Shown: piece by piece, positions 1-11,752 of the stretch | Position numbering within the stretch: the first letter of the stretch is position 1 | Layout: each line of letters opens with the position of its first letter | Program-made: the position numbers and the translations under genes | The notes under the pieces: generated by a model | Database searches by the model: none | What the model was told of the DNA's origin: nothing | The model's input: the letters and a program-made list of their open reading frames with translations, nothing else | Origin: Utricularia gibba | Lineage: Eukaryota; Plantae; Magnoliophyta | Reading direction: 5' to 3' | NCBI GenBank assembly: GCA_002189035.1 | Contig: NEEC01000018.1 | Span: forward strand, 1,736,001 to 1,800,000 | DNA length: 64,000 nt

Positions 1-396
1 TTCAGCTTGAGCTTCAGCTAATCGGACTTCAAATCTCCCGCTATCAGTTCCTCTTTCTTCGCCTGCGTAACTCCCAAATCGTCCCCCCCCCCCCCCCTCT
101 GGAGTAAGCAATCTGCGTCCCTTATTTTTCGTCATCCTTTTTTGCTTTTGGCCTCGATGGCTAGAGATCAGACGCTTGTGCAGTTTCCGGGGTGGTTGTG
201 GAACGTTGGTGGATGTAGGCTGCGATGCATGGGTTTCTCTTGGGCGTTCTGTTCTACTTTCAATCTGGGTAAAGCATTTTTCGTAAAAATTGGCGTACTT
301 TTTCTGCGCTTCTGATTGTAACCTTGCTTTTTGTGCCTGGATCTTGATTTGAAGTAGGCTGCTGTTGCGGGAGGAATAGCAGTAGTTGACAATGTG

Positions 397-2775
397 ATGG
401 ACTGGCCATATTATAACCACAACCTAAAAGGTATGCTGTATATTGAACTTTTTTGTTGCTGATTGTAATTCTGTGATGCTGAAAATCTTGTATGCTTCTG
501 GTTTTTTTTTTTTTTTTTTTTGGTTTGGAGCGAAACTGGAGATTTTGCTGGAATTCTTAATCTTGCATGGAAATTGGATCATGTTTTCCGTTGCTTTGCA
601 GTGGACATGGATCCTACTTCTAGCACAGTATTGAATTCAGCAATATTGTCACAAATTGATTCTGTGGATATCGCATTGGGCTCTATGGAAAAGGCGAATA
701 TGTCTTTGACAACCAAACCAAGGAAAAAGACCATGACTTCAGTATATCTCAAATATTTTGAAACAGCACCGGATGGGAAATCCAGGAGATGCAAATTTTG
801 TGGACAAAGCTATTCAATTGCGACAGCAACTGGTTTTTCCCTCTACTCTTCTTCTCAGCTGAAGATCTATATATCCTATTGTTTGTCACCTATTTCTTTT
901 TCTGTGCTCTCTTCATTGCTGCAGGCAACTTAGGTCGCCACCTCAGCAATCGGCATCCTGGGTATGAAAAGTTAGGAGATTCTTCCAATCCTCCTACATC
1001 ACAGTCTAGTACCATAGCCAAAAAATCACAGAGTCATACTGAATCGCCTACGATGGAGCTTGAACACTTGAACTGGATAGTCATTAAGTGGCTCCTTGTA
1101 ACTTCTCTTCCCTCGTCTACTTTGGCAAATAACTGGCTTGTAAACACATTTAAGTTTCTCAATCCATCGATTGAGTTGTGGAGTGGGAAAAAGTTCCACA
1201 CCGTGCTTCATGAAATCTTCAGAAGCATGCAGGAGACGGTTAGGTTAATTGTGGAGCAGGTTTCTTCAAAGGTCTCTGTCACACTTGATTTTTGGACTTC
1301 CTATGAACAGATACTGTACATGAGCATCACTTGCCAATGGATCGATGATAACTGGTCCTTCCAAAAAGTTCTTCTTGATATCTGTCACATTCCCACCCCT
1401 TGTGGGGAGTCTGAAATCTATTATGTTTTGCTGAAAGTCCTTAGGATCTATGCTTTGGAGACGAAGATCCTTTCCTGTACTCATGATAGTAGTCCAAATG
1501 CCTTGCATGCATGTCATACACTGAAGGGTGATATGGATAGTCAGAAATCAGCTTTTTGGTATATACCATGTGCTGCTCATGCTTTAAATTCTATACTGAA
1601 CGATGGGTTGCGAACTACCAAATCACTCATTTTGAAGATCAGAGAGTTTGTTTTGGAGCTGAATGCATCAATGGAAATCTCAGGAGACTTTCTGCAACTC
1701 ACCTCAGCATTCCAAGAAGGAAATTGGAAATTCCCTCTTGATACATCACCTAGGTGGAGTGGAAGCTTCCAGATGCTGGACATCGCTTGTAAGGTAGAAC
1801 TCCCATACCTGGTATAGAAACCATGAAAAAAATTCATCATCAAACTTCTGACGTCATGTTTCTTTCCAGGCTGGTAGATCCATGGAAACTATTATTCGGA
1901 AGCATGAGGAAGTACTTGGTAGTCATCTGCTTCTAAACTCCACAGAGAAAAGTGCTGTCAATATCATGCACAAGTATCTTGAGCCCTTCTATAAGGCCAT
2001 TAACAATATGTGCGAAAGCAAGATCCTCACCATTGGTATGGTTCTCTTTTTCATGGACCACATTTCGGAAACAATCCTCTCCTGCAAAGACTCAAGGCAA
2101 ATGCCTGAGTGGCTAAAAATTGCAGCTGAGGAAATGTATGTTAAAGCTCGGAGTTACACTGACCAAGTTTGCAACATATTCACATACATGACAGCAATCC
2201 TCGATCCACGGATAAAAGAAGAACTCACACCTGAGTATCTCAACTCAGAATCCTATTTAGAGGAGGCAAGAAATCACTTCATACGAAACTATTCCACTGG
2301 CTATTTTTCATCTATGAGTAGTTCATTTGGAGAGCTGGGCGATGGAGAGACTGTTTCTTTTGCCGAGGAAATTGCTCGCAAGAAGCGACGAGCCAGCATG
2401 AACTCTTCAGCAGATGAGCTGACTCAATATTTATCAGAGCCTCCTGTTCCTATGCCCACAGATGTTCTGGATTGGTGGAAAGTGAATAGCTCAAGGTTCC
2501 CACGCTTGTCTCTCATGGCTCGAGACTTTTTAGCTGTGCAGCCAACTTCTGTTACTCCAGAATGTGTGTTTTCCATAAAAGGTGATGAAATTGACAGACG
2601 AAAGCTGTCTACTCCTCACTCTGAAATGCAAGCTCGTCTGTGTGTGAAGTCATGGCTGGACTGTGGAATCAAGCTCAAGTACAAGTCCTCTGAGATTGAC
2701 TGTGAAAGAATCATGGAGCTTGCATTTGAGGCTAGCACCAGAAGTCTTGAGAAGAAGCAAAAGCCCATAGGTTAG
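397..2775 (+). CDS. BED zinc-finger / hAT-dimerisation domain protein (transposase-derived host gene); exons approx. 397-430, 602-832, 925-1793, 1870-2775
   Basis: BED finger (SVYLKYF...CKFCGQSYSIATATGNLGRHLSNRH), hAT core (VTLDFWT, IPCAAHALN, RWSGSFQML) and C-terminal dimerisation motif (DVLDWWKVNSSRFPRLSLMARDFLAVQPTS). GT-AG introns join ORFs 520, 789 and 1882 in frame. No TIR seen by eye. Confidence 0.9.
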
Positions 2776-3100
2776 ATAACTTGTTCCAGAGAAACAATCT
2801 CAGTGCCACAGATTGGGTCAGCCATGGAGTTGCAGTGTAATGTAAATTGTCCAAGAAAAAAGACGTAAACGCCCATCTGTTGACTTCTCTATATGTTGCA
2901 ACGTGAGGGTTGATTTGGTATTTGCATTTATACGGAAGAGTGCTTGATTTCAATGGAACCCAGGCACTGAACCGCGCCGCGCCCCATAAGCGGTTAACGA
3001 AGACGGAGTGTCGTGGGATTCTGCAAACTGGAGAAGAGGAAGCAGTAGAAGAAGAAGAAGAAGAAGGAAAAGGGGAGGAATCTCATTGGGCGTGCTTTCT

Positions 3101-5889
3101 ATGGCGGGGGTTTCGCTGATGGATTCTCTGTTCCAAAGCTCCCTTGAAGTGGTGATCAAGAGCCTCCGCCTTTGCCCGCCGGGGGCTGAGCCCACGTTGG
3201 TGGCCAAATCCCTAGACGAGATCCGCCGGGAGATTAAATCCACAGACCCGCAAACGAAATCCATCGCGCTCGAGAAACTGGCCTTCTTCCATTCCCTCCA
3301 CGGCGTCGATATGTCGTGGGCGGCGTTTCACTCGGTAGAGCTGTCCTCCGCCGCAGCCCACTCTCACAAGCGAATCGCTTGCCTCGCGGCCTCTCTGTCC
3401 TTCAACCCTGCAACCACCGATGTGATTCTTCTCCTCACTCACCAACTGCGTAAGGACCTCTCTTCCTCCAATACTCACGATGTTAGTCTTGCTCTGTCCA
3501 CCCTTTCCTCCATCTGCAACCCAGATTTGTCACGAGATTTGACTCCGGAGCTGTTTACTTTGCTCGGTAGTAGTAGGTTTTTTGTTCGGAAGAAAGCGAT
3601 TGCCGCTGTGTTGAGGGTTTTCGAGCAGTACCCTGATGCTGTTCGCGTCTGCTTCAAAAGAGTTGTGGAGAATCTGAGTAACAGTGACATGGGGGTTCTG
3701 TCAGCGGTTGTGGGCTTGTTCTGTGAGTTAAGTGTTAAAGATCCCAGATCTTACCTGCCCTTGGCTCCTGAGTTTTACAAGGTTCTGGTTGACTGTAGAA
3801 ACAATTGGGTCCTCATTAAGATATTGAAGATCTTCGCCAGGTTAGCTCCAGTTGAACCAAGGCTGGGGAAGAAAGTAGTGGAGCCAATATGTGAGCATCT
3901 CCGGCGGACCGGAGCCAAATCCTTGGCATATGAATGCATCAGAGCCATTGTGACCAGTTTGGATGACTGTGATTCTGCAATGAGACTCGCTGTTGAGAAG
4001 CTGAGGGAATTCTTGCTTGATGATGACCCAAATCTCAAGTTCCTTGCCTTGCAGGCACTTGCTGTTGCTGCTGAGAAGCATCTGTGGGTTGTGATAGAAA
4101 ACAAGGAGCTGGTGGTCAGGGCCATGAGCGATGATGATACAAATATCAAACTCGAAGCCTTACGCCTTGTGATGTCGATGGTCTCACAGGATAATGTGAT
4201 GGAGATCTGCACAGTTCTGGTGGCTCAGGCACGCAAATCTGATCCATACTTCTGTAATGAGATCCTGGGGTTCATTCTGCAGACTTGCTCAAGGGACTTC
4301 TATGCAGTAATCTTCGATTTCGATTGGTATGTGTCGTTTCTTGGAGAAATTGCGAGGCTGCCACACTGTGAGAAGGGGGAAGACATCTCCATTCAGCTTG
4401 TGGATATTGGAATGAGGGTCAAGGATGCAAGAAGTGAGCTTGTTCAAGTTGCTCGTGATCTGGTCATTGATCCTGCACTTCTTGGCAATCCTCTCATACA
4501 TCCAGTTTTAGGTGCGTGTGCCTGGATCTCGGGAGAGTACATTGAACTCTCGAAAAATCCATTCGAGATTATGGAGGCACTGCTGCAGCCAAGAACCAGT
4601 TTCTTTCCTCCGGCAGTGAGATCTGTATATATTCAGTCTGCATTCAAAATCTTAGCCTTCTGTTTACATAGCTACGTTCAGTCTTGTGGTAATGCAGTGC
4701 CTCAGAACTCCGAACCATCAGAGGCTGTTTCTAACCTGGATTCACAGGTGGGTTCGATCCAAGCATCGAGCGAGTTGTCATATGACAGTGAGCTGGATAA
4801 TGAGAAGACAATTACCATCGATGGTCAAGCTCCACCAGGTTTTCCTAGCAGGCGCAACATGACCAAGGAATCCATCTTAGGCCTTTTGAATTTTGTTGAA
4901 GTTAATATGAGACCCTTAGCTTCAAGTGATGAAGTGGAAGTGCAGGAGAGGGCATCCAATGTTCTTGGAGTGATTGAATTGGTGAAACCAAGGTTGGCTG
5001 TTGATCATTCAGATGAATGTCAGGAACGTAAGACATCTGAAATTATCAAGCAGGTATCGGATTTATTCTCTGAGGAGCTTGGCCCTGTTTCGTTGAATGC
5101 CCAAGAGAGGGTGTGTCCGCCTGATGGATTGTTGCTCAAGGATGATCTCAATGACTTGGAAGAAGTTTGTAGCGACATCAGCTTCCCATTACCAGCATCA
5201 TTCTCCCTTGTCCCGCCTCGAGTGCTTGAGAGGGATATTGCCAGCAGCATAACTGAGAATCATGGCATTGAAGAATCTGAAAGTGTTTCTGAATCAACAT
5301 CTCTTCTAGTAAAGCATCGCAAGCGGCATGGGCTGTACTACCTGCCTTCTGATGATAAAAAATACCCACCTGCACCGGATCCTAAAGATAAGGAGGCAAC
5401 AGAGGAAGCAGATGATTTTATGAAGCTCGCTGAGAAATCTCTCGGTGTAAAGAAGTCATCAAACAAGGTGAAAGCTAGACCTGTGGTTGTGAAATTTGAT
5501 GAGGGAGAAAAATTAGACGTCGCCACAGAGAAACTCGAGCTCCAGCCAGATTCGCTCTCAGGTGCCGTCCAAGAAGTCCTGTTAGGCAATGAAGCTTCAA
5601 CTTCATCCTCCAAAAGCAAATCTTCAGGTGTGTAAACTTACTATCATGTAATTTGTATATGCAGCTGTCCATCTGAACCAACCTGCATCTGCATTCTCCA
5701 GGAAGAAAAGAACACCACCTCCATGGTAACCACAAGAAGCACCAATCGACTGGAAAAGATACACAAGTAGATGGGAAAAATAGGAAAAAGAGAGAAAGTC
5801 ATCGGCATAAAAGCAAGCCACAGCAAAGACCACAGGGAGAATCAACCATTGGAGCACAATCACCAACCGTCCCGGATCTCCTTTTGTAG
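3101..5889 (+). CDS. AP3D: AP-3 complex subunit delta; exons 3101-5627 and 5702-5889
   Basis: Adaptin N-terminal repeats (HKRIACLAASLSF, LLLTHQLRKDL, YLPLAPEFYKVLVDCRNNWVLIKILKIF). A 74-nt GT-AG intron before the apparent stop at 5635 adds a basic tail ending ...PTVPDLLL*, as expected for plant delta-adaptin. Confidence 0.93.
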
Positions 5890-6111
5890 CATCATTCCGT
5901 GAAGCTCTGTAAAGGCCAAGTTTTGCGTGAGTATGTGAGGTTCTTGCCCTTTCTCCCAGTGGTCTCTTATTGCTCAGTCATCTGGTTGACAATGCAGCCG
6001 CCGTAGAACTCAAAGCCTTATCATTTGTGTACACTTTGCTTTGCATCAACCAACAATACACATGATGAAATGAAATACTTTTGAAATGTTGGAGTCACTG
6101 ATGACTACAAT

Positions 6112-6793
6112 AATCTGTAGGCAGTTAATAGGTGGTTCTATGAATATTTTGGAATGGTGGAAGAGTGACTCCCCCTGCGAACATGGAAACTGATGGTTTG
6201 GTTGTGAATCGACATGGTGTTGAGTAGTTAGTTATCCAATCCCATTCTTCTCTCTTTCAGGTCTGAGAAACACAGACAAGAAATGGGCAGACCATGAGAT
6301 CCATGGAATTCTTTCCTTTCTCCTACACAGACACAACGTACAGAAGGAATTCTAACAGATTGGGATTGTAATAATAGTTCACACGTAAGTAACAGTAAAT
6401 GTTTCCATTCTCATTCCCTTCCATCGTCTTGTCTGTTTCGAGACAGAAGGAGAAAGATACTGAATAACTAACTACCCAACACCAAGACGATTCACAAATA
6501 GACCATGCAACAGTTTCCGTAATTCCAGGGGAAGTCACTCCTCCAACCCACATCTATTAATAGCTTACAGATTGAATGTTGGAAGAATGACTTCCCCTGG
6601 AAAGACGGAATCCGTTCCATGGTTTGATTGTGAATCGTGGGTAGTTAGTTATCCAATGCCTTGCTACTCTCCTCCGGGTCTGAAAACAGACAAGACGAGA
6701 GAAGACAATGAAATCAGAAAGCATTTGGCGTTGTATCCTTGCGAACTATTACAATCCAACCTGTCGAATTCATTCTGTAGATTGTGTCTAGGC
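6112..6793. repeat. Three diverged copies of a ~170-250 bp unit arranged +/-/+ (A ~6112-6283, B ~6322-6572 inverted, C ~6572-6793)
   Basis: All three copies share tgact(t/c)cccctg, tgtgaatcg, gtagttagtta and acagacaag blocks. ORFs 6323..6553(-) and 6572..6817(+) are alignable translations of the same unit. Confidence 0.85.
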
Positions 6794-6813
6794 CGGCGGA
6801 TGTTGGAGAAACG

Positions 6814-8038
6814 ATGACGAAAGAGTCTCCAGGGGGCAGCAGATCAGACGCCAGCCATAAGATCCATTTTGTGATCTACACGCTCTTCTTCGGGGTCGGC
6901 ATTGCCATTGGGATCACCCTGAGTCTCTTCATAGATGACACGGATGTTCCCCAGCTGAGTGTGCGGTATTCCTCCTCGACGTCGCTGCCCCATATAATTG
7001 TTCCGGTCTCAACATCTCCGCCGCCGCCGCCGCCGCAGCGGATGGGGCTGAGGGAGTACCTGAGGGTGCCGGAGATCAGGCACGACATGACGGATAAGGA
7101 GTTGCTATGGAGAGCGTCTATGAGGCCAAGGATAGAGATCTACCCCTTCCCCAGGACGCCTAAGGTCGCCTACATGTTTCTGACGAGGAGCAATCTGCCG
7201 TTGGCTCCCCTGTGGGAGATGTTCTTCAAGGGTCATGATGGACTTTTCTCGATTTACGTGCATTCGCCGCCGTCTGTAAATTGGTCGGCTCCGCCGCTCT
7301 CTGTCTTCCACGGCAGGAACATTCCTAGCAAGGTAAACTCACTCTTATTCATCCATTGATGCACATTACATCCAAGCTGACTAATTACCTTCGCAGCAGA
7401 CGGTGGTGTGGGGGAGTTTCAGCATGGTGCAAGCGGAGCGTCGGCTACTAGCGAACGCACTACTGGACATATCCAATCAGAGATTCGTCTTGTTATCCGA
7501 CAATTGCATCCCCCTCTACAATTTCACCACCGTCTACTACTACCTCACCAGATCAACCAAATCCTTCGTTCAGTCCTTCGACGAGGCAGGCCCCGTCGGA
7601 CGTGGCCGTTACAATCCCCGCATGCGCCCCTTCGTCACGGAGGAGCAATGGCGAAAGGGGGCACAGTGGTTCGAGATGGATCGGAAACTCGCCATCCAGG
7701 TCGTCTCCGATCGTCTTTACTCCAACATCTTTCAACGCTTCTGCACAGATTCATGCTACTCAGATGAACATTACTTGCCTACCTTCATCACGAAGAAGTT
7801 CGCCAGGAGGAACTCCAATCGAACACTGACATGGGTTGACTGGTCCAGAGGCGGACCTCATCCACTCCAATTTTCAGCGGATGACATCTCATCGAAGCTA
7901 CTCAACCGATTGAGAACTTGGTCCAAGTGCAACTACAACGATCGGCTCACAAACATTTGTTACCTGTTTGCGAGAAAATTCACCGTCGAAACACTCGATC
8001 GGTTGCTTAGTCTGGCACCCAGCATCATGTACTTCTAG
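6814..8038 (+). CDS. Core-2/I-branching beta-1,6-N-acetylglucosaminyltransferase family (DUF266/BC10-like); exons 6814-7332, 7400-8038
   Basis: N-terminal TM anchor, [85 protein letters not shown]. The 67-nt intron has a CAGCAG acceptor. Confidence 0.93.
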
Positions 8039-8774
8039 CAGATTATGCCGCCTCTCTCTGCCTTACAATTACTTCCGCGGTTGGGTAATTCACGTTCGAA
8101 AACCCATTAGTCACTTGCAAAATCAATGCTACGAAGGGCACTGCCTGACAATGCGGAATATAATCGTAACCAAACTAAATCACGAGGAATGGAGCCCTAG
8201 ATCGAAAAATACCGTACCAGCCGATGAAGAATAAAGCCCAGCCCCGCCGCCGCGGGTGGAGGAGTCGATGGCGGTGTGTTGGGTGAAACACCGGTAATTC
8301 TGATTTCTGAATCTACCTAATAAAAAAAGAACACGACTGAAGAAAGTTGATACTGAAATTGTGATCGTCGGCGGCGAAAAGGATGGCATGCGATCTAGTG
8401 ACGTTGAAGTTCCTCATTATCGTATCTTTGCAGACGGCACAGAGACGGGGAGTTCTGTATTGACGACTTGATTCCTTAGCATGCAGCACGAGATCGGCGG
8501 ATTTGAGAGGTTTTTCAAATACGGATGGAAGGGGAGGAGGAGATACCCCGGGGGCATCGCCGGACACACATGGCAGAGCGGCGACGAGGAAGGGAAGATG
8601 GATTCTCACATCCCCGAGGAAGGGATTCACGAAGAGCTTATGCATCTTGCAGCCTCCACGAAGGTCACGTTTCCCTGTTTTAACTGTTTTAAAACTCATT
8701 TAACATTCTGCCTCGGGAAAATTTGAAATTATTTTTACAAAAATTATTATTTAATAATAAAATTTCAGGTCGTA

Positions 8775-8847
8775 TGGAGATGCGGGGTATCGATCCCCGT
8801 ACCTCTCGCATGCTAAGCGAGCGCTCTACCATCTGAGCTACATCCCC
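8775..8847 (-). tRNA. trnA-AGC: tRNA-Ala (anticodon AGC)
   Basis: Reverse complement is GGGGATGTAGCTCAGATGGTAGAGCGCTCGCTTAGCATGCGAGAGGTACGGGGATCGATACCCCGCATCTCCA (73 nt). Cloverleaf with anticodon stem CTCGC/GCGAG, loop TTAGCAT; T-run terminator follows. Confidence 0.97.
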
Positions 8848-9013
8848 GTTGGATTAAATTGCATATCATAATGTAATATCGTATTAAAAATGATTCGTTG
8901 CTCCGACCAGGAAACCGGATCTTATTTGGGATGCCCTGCCTTCAGTTCCCTCCATATATTTACTGGCTGCCGGAAGAAGAGTGGCAGCGCTTCTGCTAGA
9001 AAGTAAGAAGGCT

Positions 9014-9765
9014 ATGGAGGATCTCAGTCCCATATCTGAAAATGAATTTTCACCCAGGGAAGTCTTCGGCGGTGAGTCTTTCAGCATTCAGTCCTTTCCT
9101 TTAGGTTCGACCACTGGTTTTGATGCGGACAGGCTTACAGGGAACGTGGAGGGGCAGTCTGATGAGCTTGAGGAGAAGAAACGGCGACTGAAGCCGGAAC
9201 AAGTTCGGGCTCTTGAGGAGGTCTATGAAGTCGAAACCATGCTTGGACCGCACAGAAAACAGCTACTTGCTGACGAGCTTGGATTGCATCCACGACAAGT
9301 CGCGATTTGGTTTCAAAATCGGAGAGCCCGTTGCAAATCCAGTCTTCTCGAGAAGGAATACGACACCCTGAGAGCCCAGTACGAGAAGCTGAACTCAGAT
9401 CACGTTGCCATTTTTGCCGAGAACCAGAAGCTCAGGAACCAGGTCCCTTTCCCTTCTACTGATAATCCGAACCGTTTGTGATAAAATTCCCTTAAACTCA
9501 GGTCCATCGACTTACCCAAAAGCTGCTGGGGAACAGACAGGAGGGTGGTCCAATCTTCCCGGATACACCCCCTCCGGCGACTTCGGTGAAAAGTGACGTA
9601 ATCAACTCCGAAGGGAGTTCCCCATTATGCTTGAAACCAGATTTCTCTGACGAAGAAGGCATGCCCTTCCAGCAACCACTGCTAACCCGCGAGGAACTTC
9701 AGCCGAACTCGTGCAATTTGGGGTTCCCGGTTCAGCATCAAGGAACTTGGTTATGGCGTTTCTGA
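9014..9765 (+). CDS. Homeobox-leucine zipper class I transcription factor; exons approx. 9014-9071, 9141-9442, 9502-9765
   Basis: KKRRL..EQV..LE..YE.E..L...RK..LA.ELGL.PRQVAIWFQNRRAR followed by a heptad zipper. C-terminal NSCNLGFPVQHQGTWLWRF resembles HD-Zip I AHA-type tails. Start codon and first intron are inferred. Confidence 0.88.
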
Positions 9766-10541
9766 GTTCAACGAAAAACCAAGCACAAGCCTACGAGATG
9801 GAGGCCGACAAGGTGGTTTTGTTATTTTTGATTTTACGGGGGTGTTAAATAAATTCATGTTCAGGCCATTGAGGTTGCAAGAATTCGCAACCTCACCCTC
9901 ATTTTCCACTAAATTCGTCTAGTGCCACCCTTTTCCAATGACCACCACGTAGATCTGCATAATATTTATGTAGACAAGAAAGAATTCAAGTGTCCCTATA
10001 CGCATGCATATCGGGACACTTTTTTTCAGAGAATTTTCAGTTTGGTCCTCGAAAACCCGACATTTTCATTTTCAGTCTTCATCATACTAAAAAAAGTAAG
10101 AAAATAAAAGTAAAAAAATAGAATTGGATGCAACCACTAAAATACCGGTTCGGGTCTAATCCGAACCAATGGTTTAAAATACTAGAGCATATTACAAAAG
10201 AGATGATATTAAACCATTGTTCTGGAAAATTTTTAAAATATATTTCTATTTTTCAGAAATAAAATAGTTTTATTTTAAAATACTTTTAATTATAAAAATA
10301 ATTTTATTAAAAACATTTTTAAAATTATAACTATAAAAATTATTTTTGAAAAAATAAATAGTTAGTTACTTTTATTTTTTATTTCTATTTTTCAAAAATA
10401 ATTTTAAAAAGTAAAAATAGATTTTAAAAATTTGTCAGACTAAAATTGTCCTTTTTGTTTAAATATTTTATTCACAAAACATATTTTTATAAGAAAAATA
10501 ATGAAATATGAAGGAAGGGCATAATGGTAAAAATGGATGTT

Positions 10542-10568
10542 GGGCCGACACTGTGGTGGGTGGGCCTA
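10542..10568 (+). promoter_or_regulatory. Site II (TGGGCY, TCP-type) motifs upstream of the OB-fold gene
   Basis: TGGGCC occurs twice where the AT-rich spacer ends, just before the likely transcribed leader. Confidence 0.45.
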
Positions 10569-11112
10569 GTGTCTTTTTGCAGTGAGCCTAAAGATCTTTC
10601 TTCCCGTCGGTTTGAAGTCAGACATCTCTGCTCTTCTTCAAGCCCGCTGCGGATTTCGGTTTTTCTTTCAACGCTTCATTTGCGGGTGGAATTTGGTGGT
10701 ATCTTCAAAAAGATATTTTCTGTTTCTCTGGATTTTCATGTCTCTGTGGAGTTTTGGATTGTTTGTTGAGTCGTTGTACAAATTTCTTACTTGATCTGCA
10801 TGAATAGGATTTTAGTTTGTCGGAAAAGGTAATGATTGTGTGATCGATCCAATGGCCTTTCTATTGGTTTTTTTATCATTGTTTATTGCGTTCGCCGATT
10901 CCTGTAAACGATGGTTGGCCTTGTTTGCAATTCTCAACTCAGGAAAATGATATAGCTCGTGTGGAAAAAATTTGATGGTTTGATGCTCCATTTCATTGAA
11001 TTGATTAAGCGTGTTCGTGTTAAGCTCATTTATGGTTATTTTTTGTACTGGGAATAAGGTCTGATTTGTTTTTCATGTTGCAGGATTACTGCAGAGTGTT
11101 TGGTATTACTAA

Positions 11113-11580
11113 ATGGCGGACAAGGAGCAAACCACAAAGATAAATGAGCTCCGCCCATTGAGTGCTGGGCTTACCTTGACTGTAAAAGTTGTCGATGCGA
11201 AGATTGTTCAGCAGAAAAGCAGAAGCCAGGGGCGATTTGCTGAGTGCTTGGTTGGAGATGAAACTGGGATTATTGTTTTAAATGCAAGAAATGATCAAGG
11301 TATGCATAATTTTACAAGCCTGACACATTTGTTTCTGTATCAATGTTTTTTATTTTTCTTTTCACACATACACTTACGCATTCATCATTCAGTGGACCTG
11401 GCAAAAGAAGGCAACACTCTTCTCCTCTCAAAGGCAAGAATTGACATGTTCAAGGGATCGATGAGGCTTGCTGTGGATCGAACTGGCAGGATTGATGTCC
11501 TGGAACCTGCCAGCTTCTCTGTGGACCAAACCAACAACTTATCTTTGATTGAGTTTGAGCGTGTTGATGTTGTAGTTTGA
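11113..11580 (+). CDS. Small nucleic-acid-binding OB-fold protein (At4g28440-like); exons 11113-11299, 11393-11580
   Basis: LRP...GLTLTVKVV, ECLVGDETGII...ARNDQ|VDL, ARIDMFKGSMRLAVD..G.I, NNLSLIEFE. The 93-nt intron is in frame in the ORF track. Confidence 0.9.
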   Translation: MADKEQTTKINELRPLSAGLTLTVKVVDAKIVQQKSRSQGRFAECLVGDETGIIVLNARNDQGMHNFTSLTHLFLYQCFLFFFSHIHLRIHHSVDLAKEGNTLLLSKARIDMFKGSMRLAVDRTGRIDVLEPASFSVDQTNNLSLIEFERVDVVV

Positions 11581-11752
11581 GTACTTGCTTTAGATATCGT
11601 CTGAAATGGGCTGGATTTGCGCATCTTCTTCTAGCCAAACTGTGATGTTATGAAAATTTTGAACTATTTTGTTGTTTCAATGATTTGGATGTTCATGTTC
11701 ATCGCCTATACTTCTTATTTACACACAGGAGGAGAAGCGTCGATCATGAAAG

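Noticed and set aside
3008-3100. Arg-rich N-terminal extension of AP3D
   Set aside because: Translation of a (GAA)n microsatellite in the 5' UTR from a GTG; the ATG at 3101 matches the family start.
6062-6101. ATGATGA...CTGA as a C/D snoRNA
   Set aside because: Only ~40 nt long, too short, and no recognisable rRNA guide.
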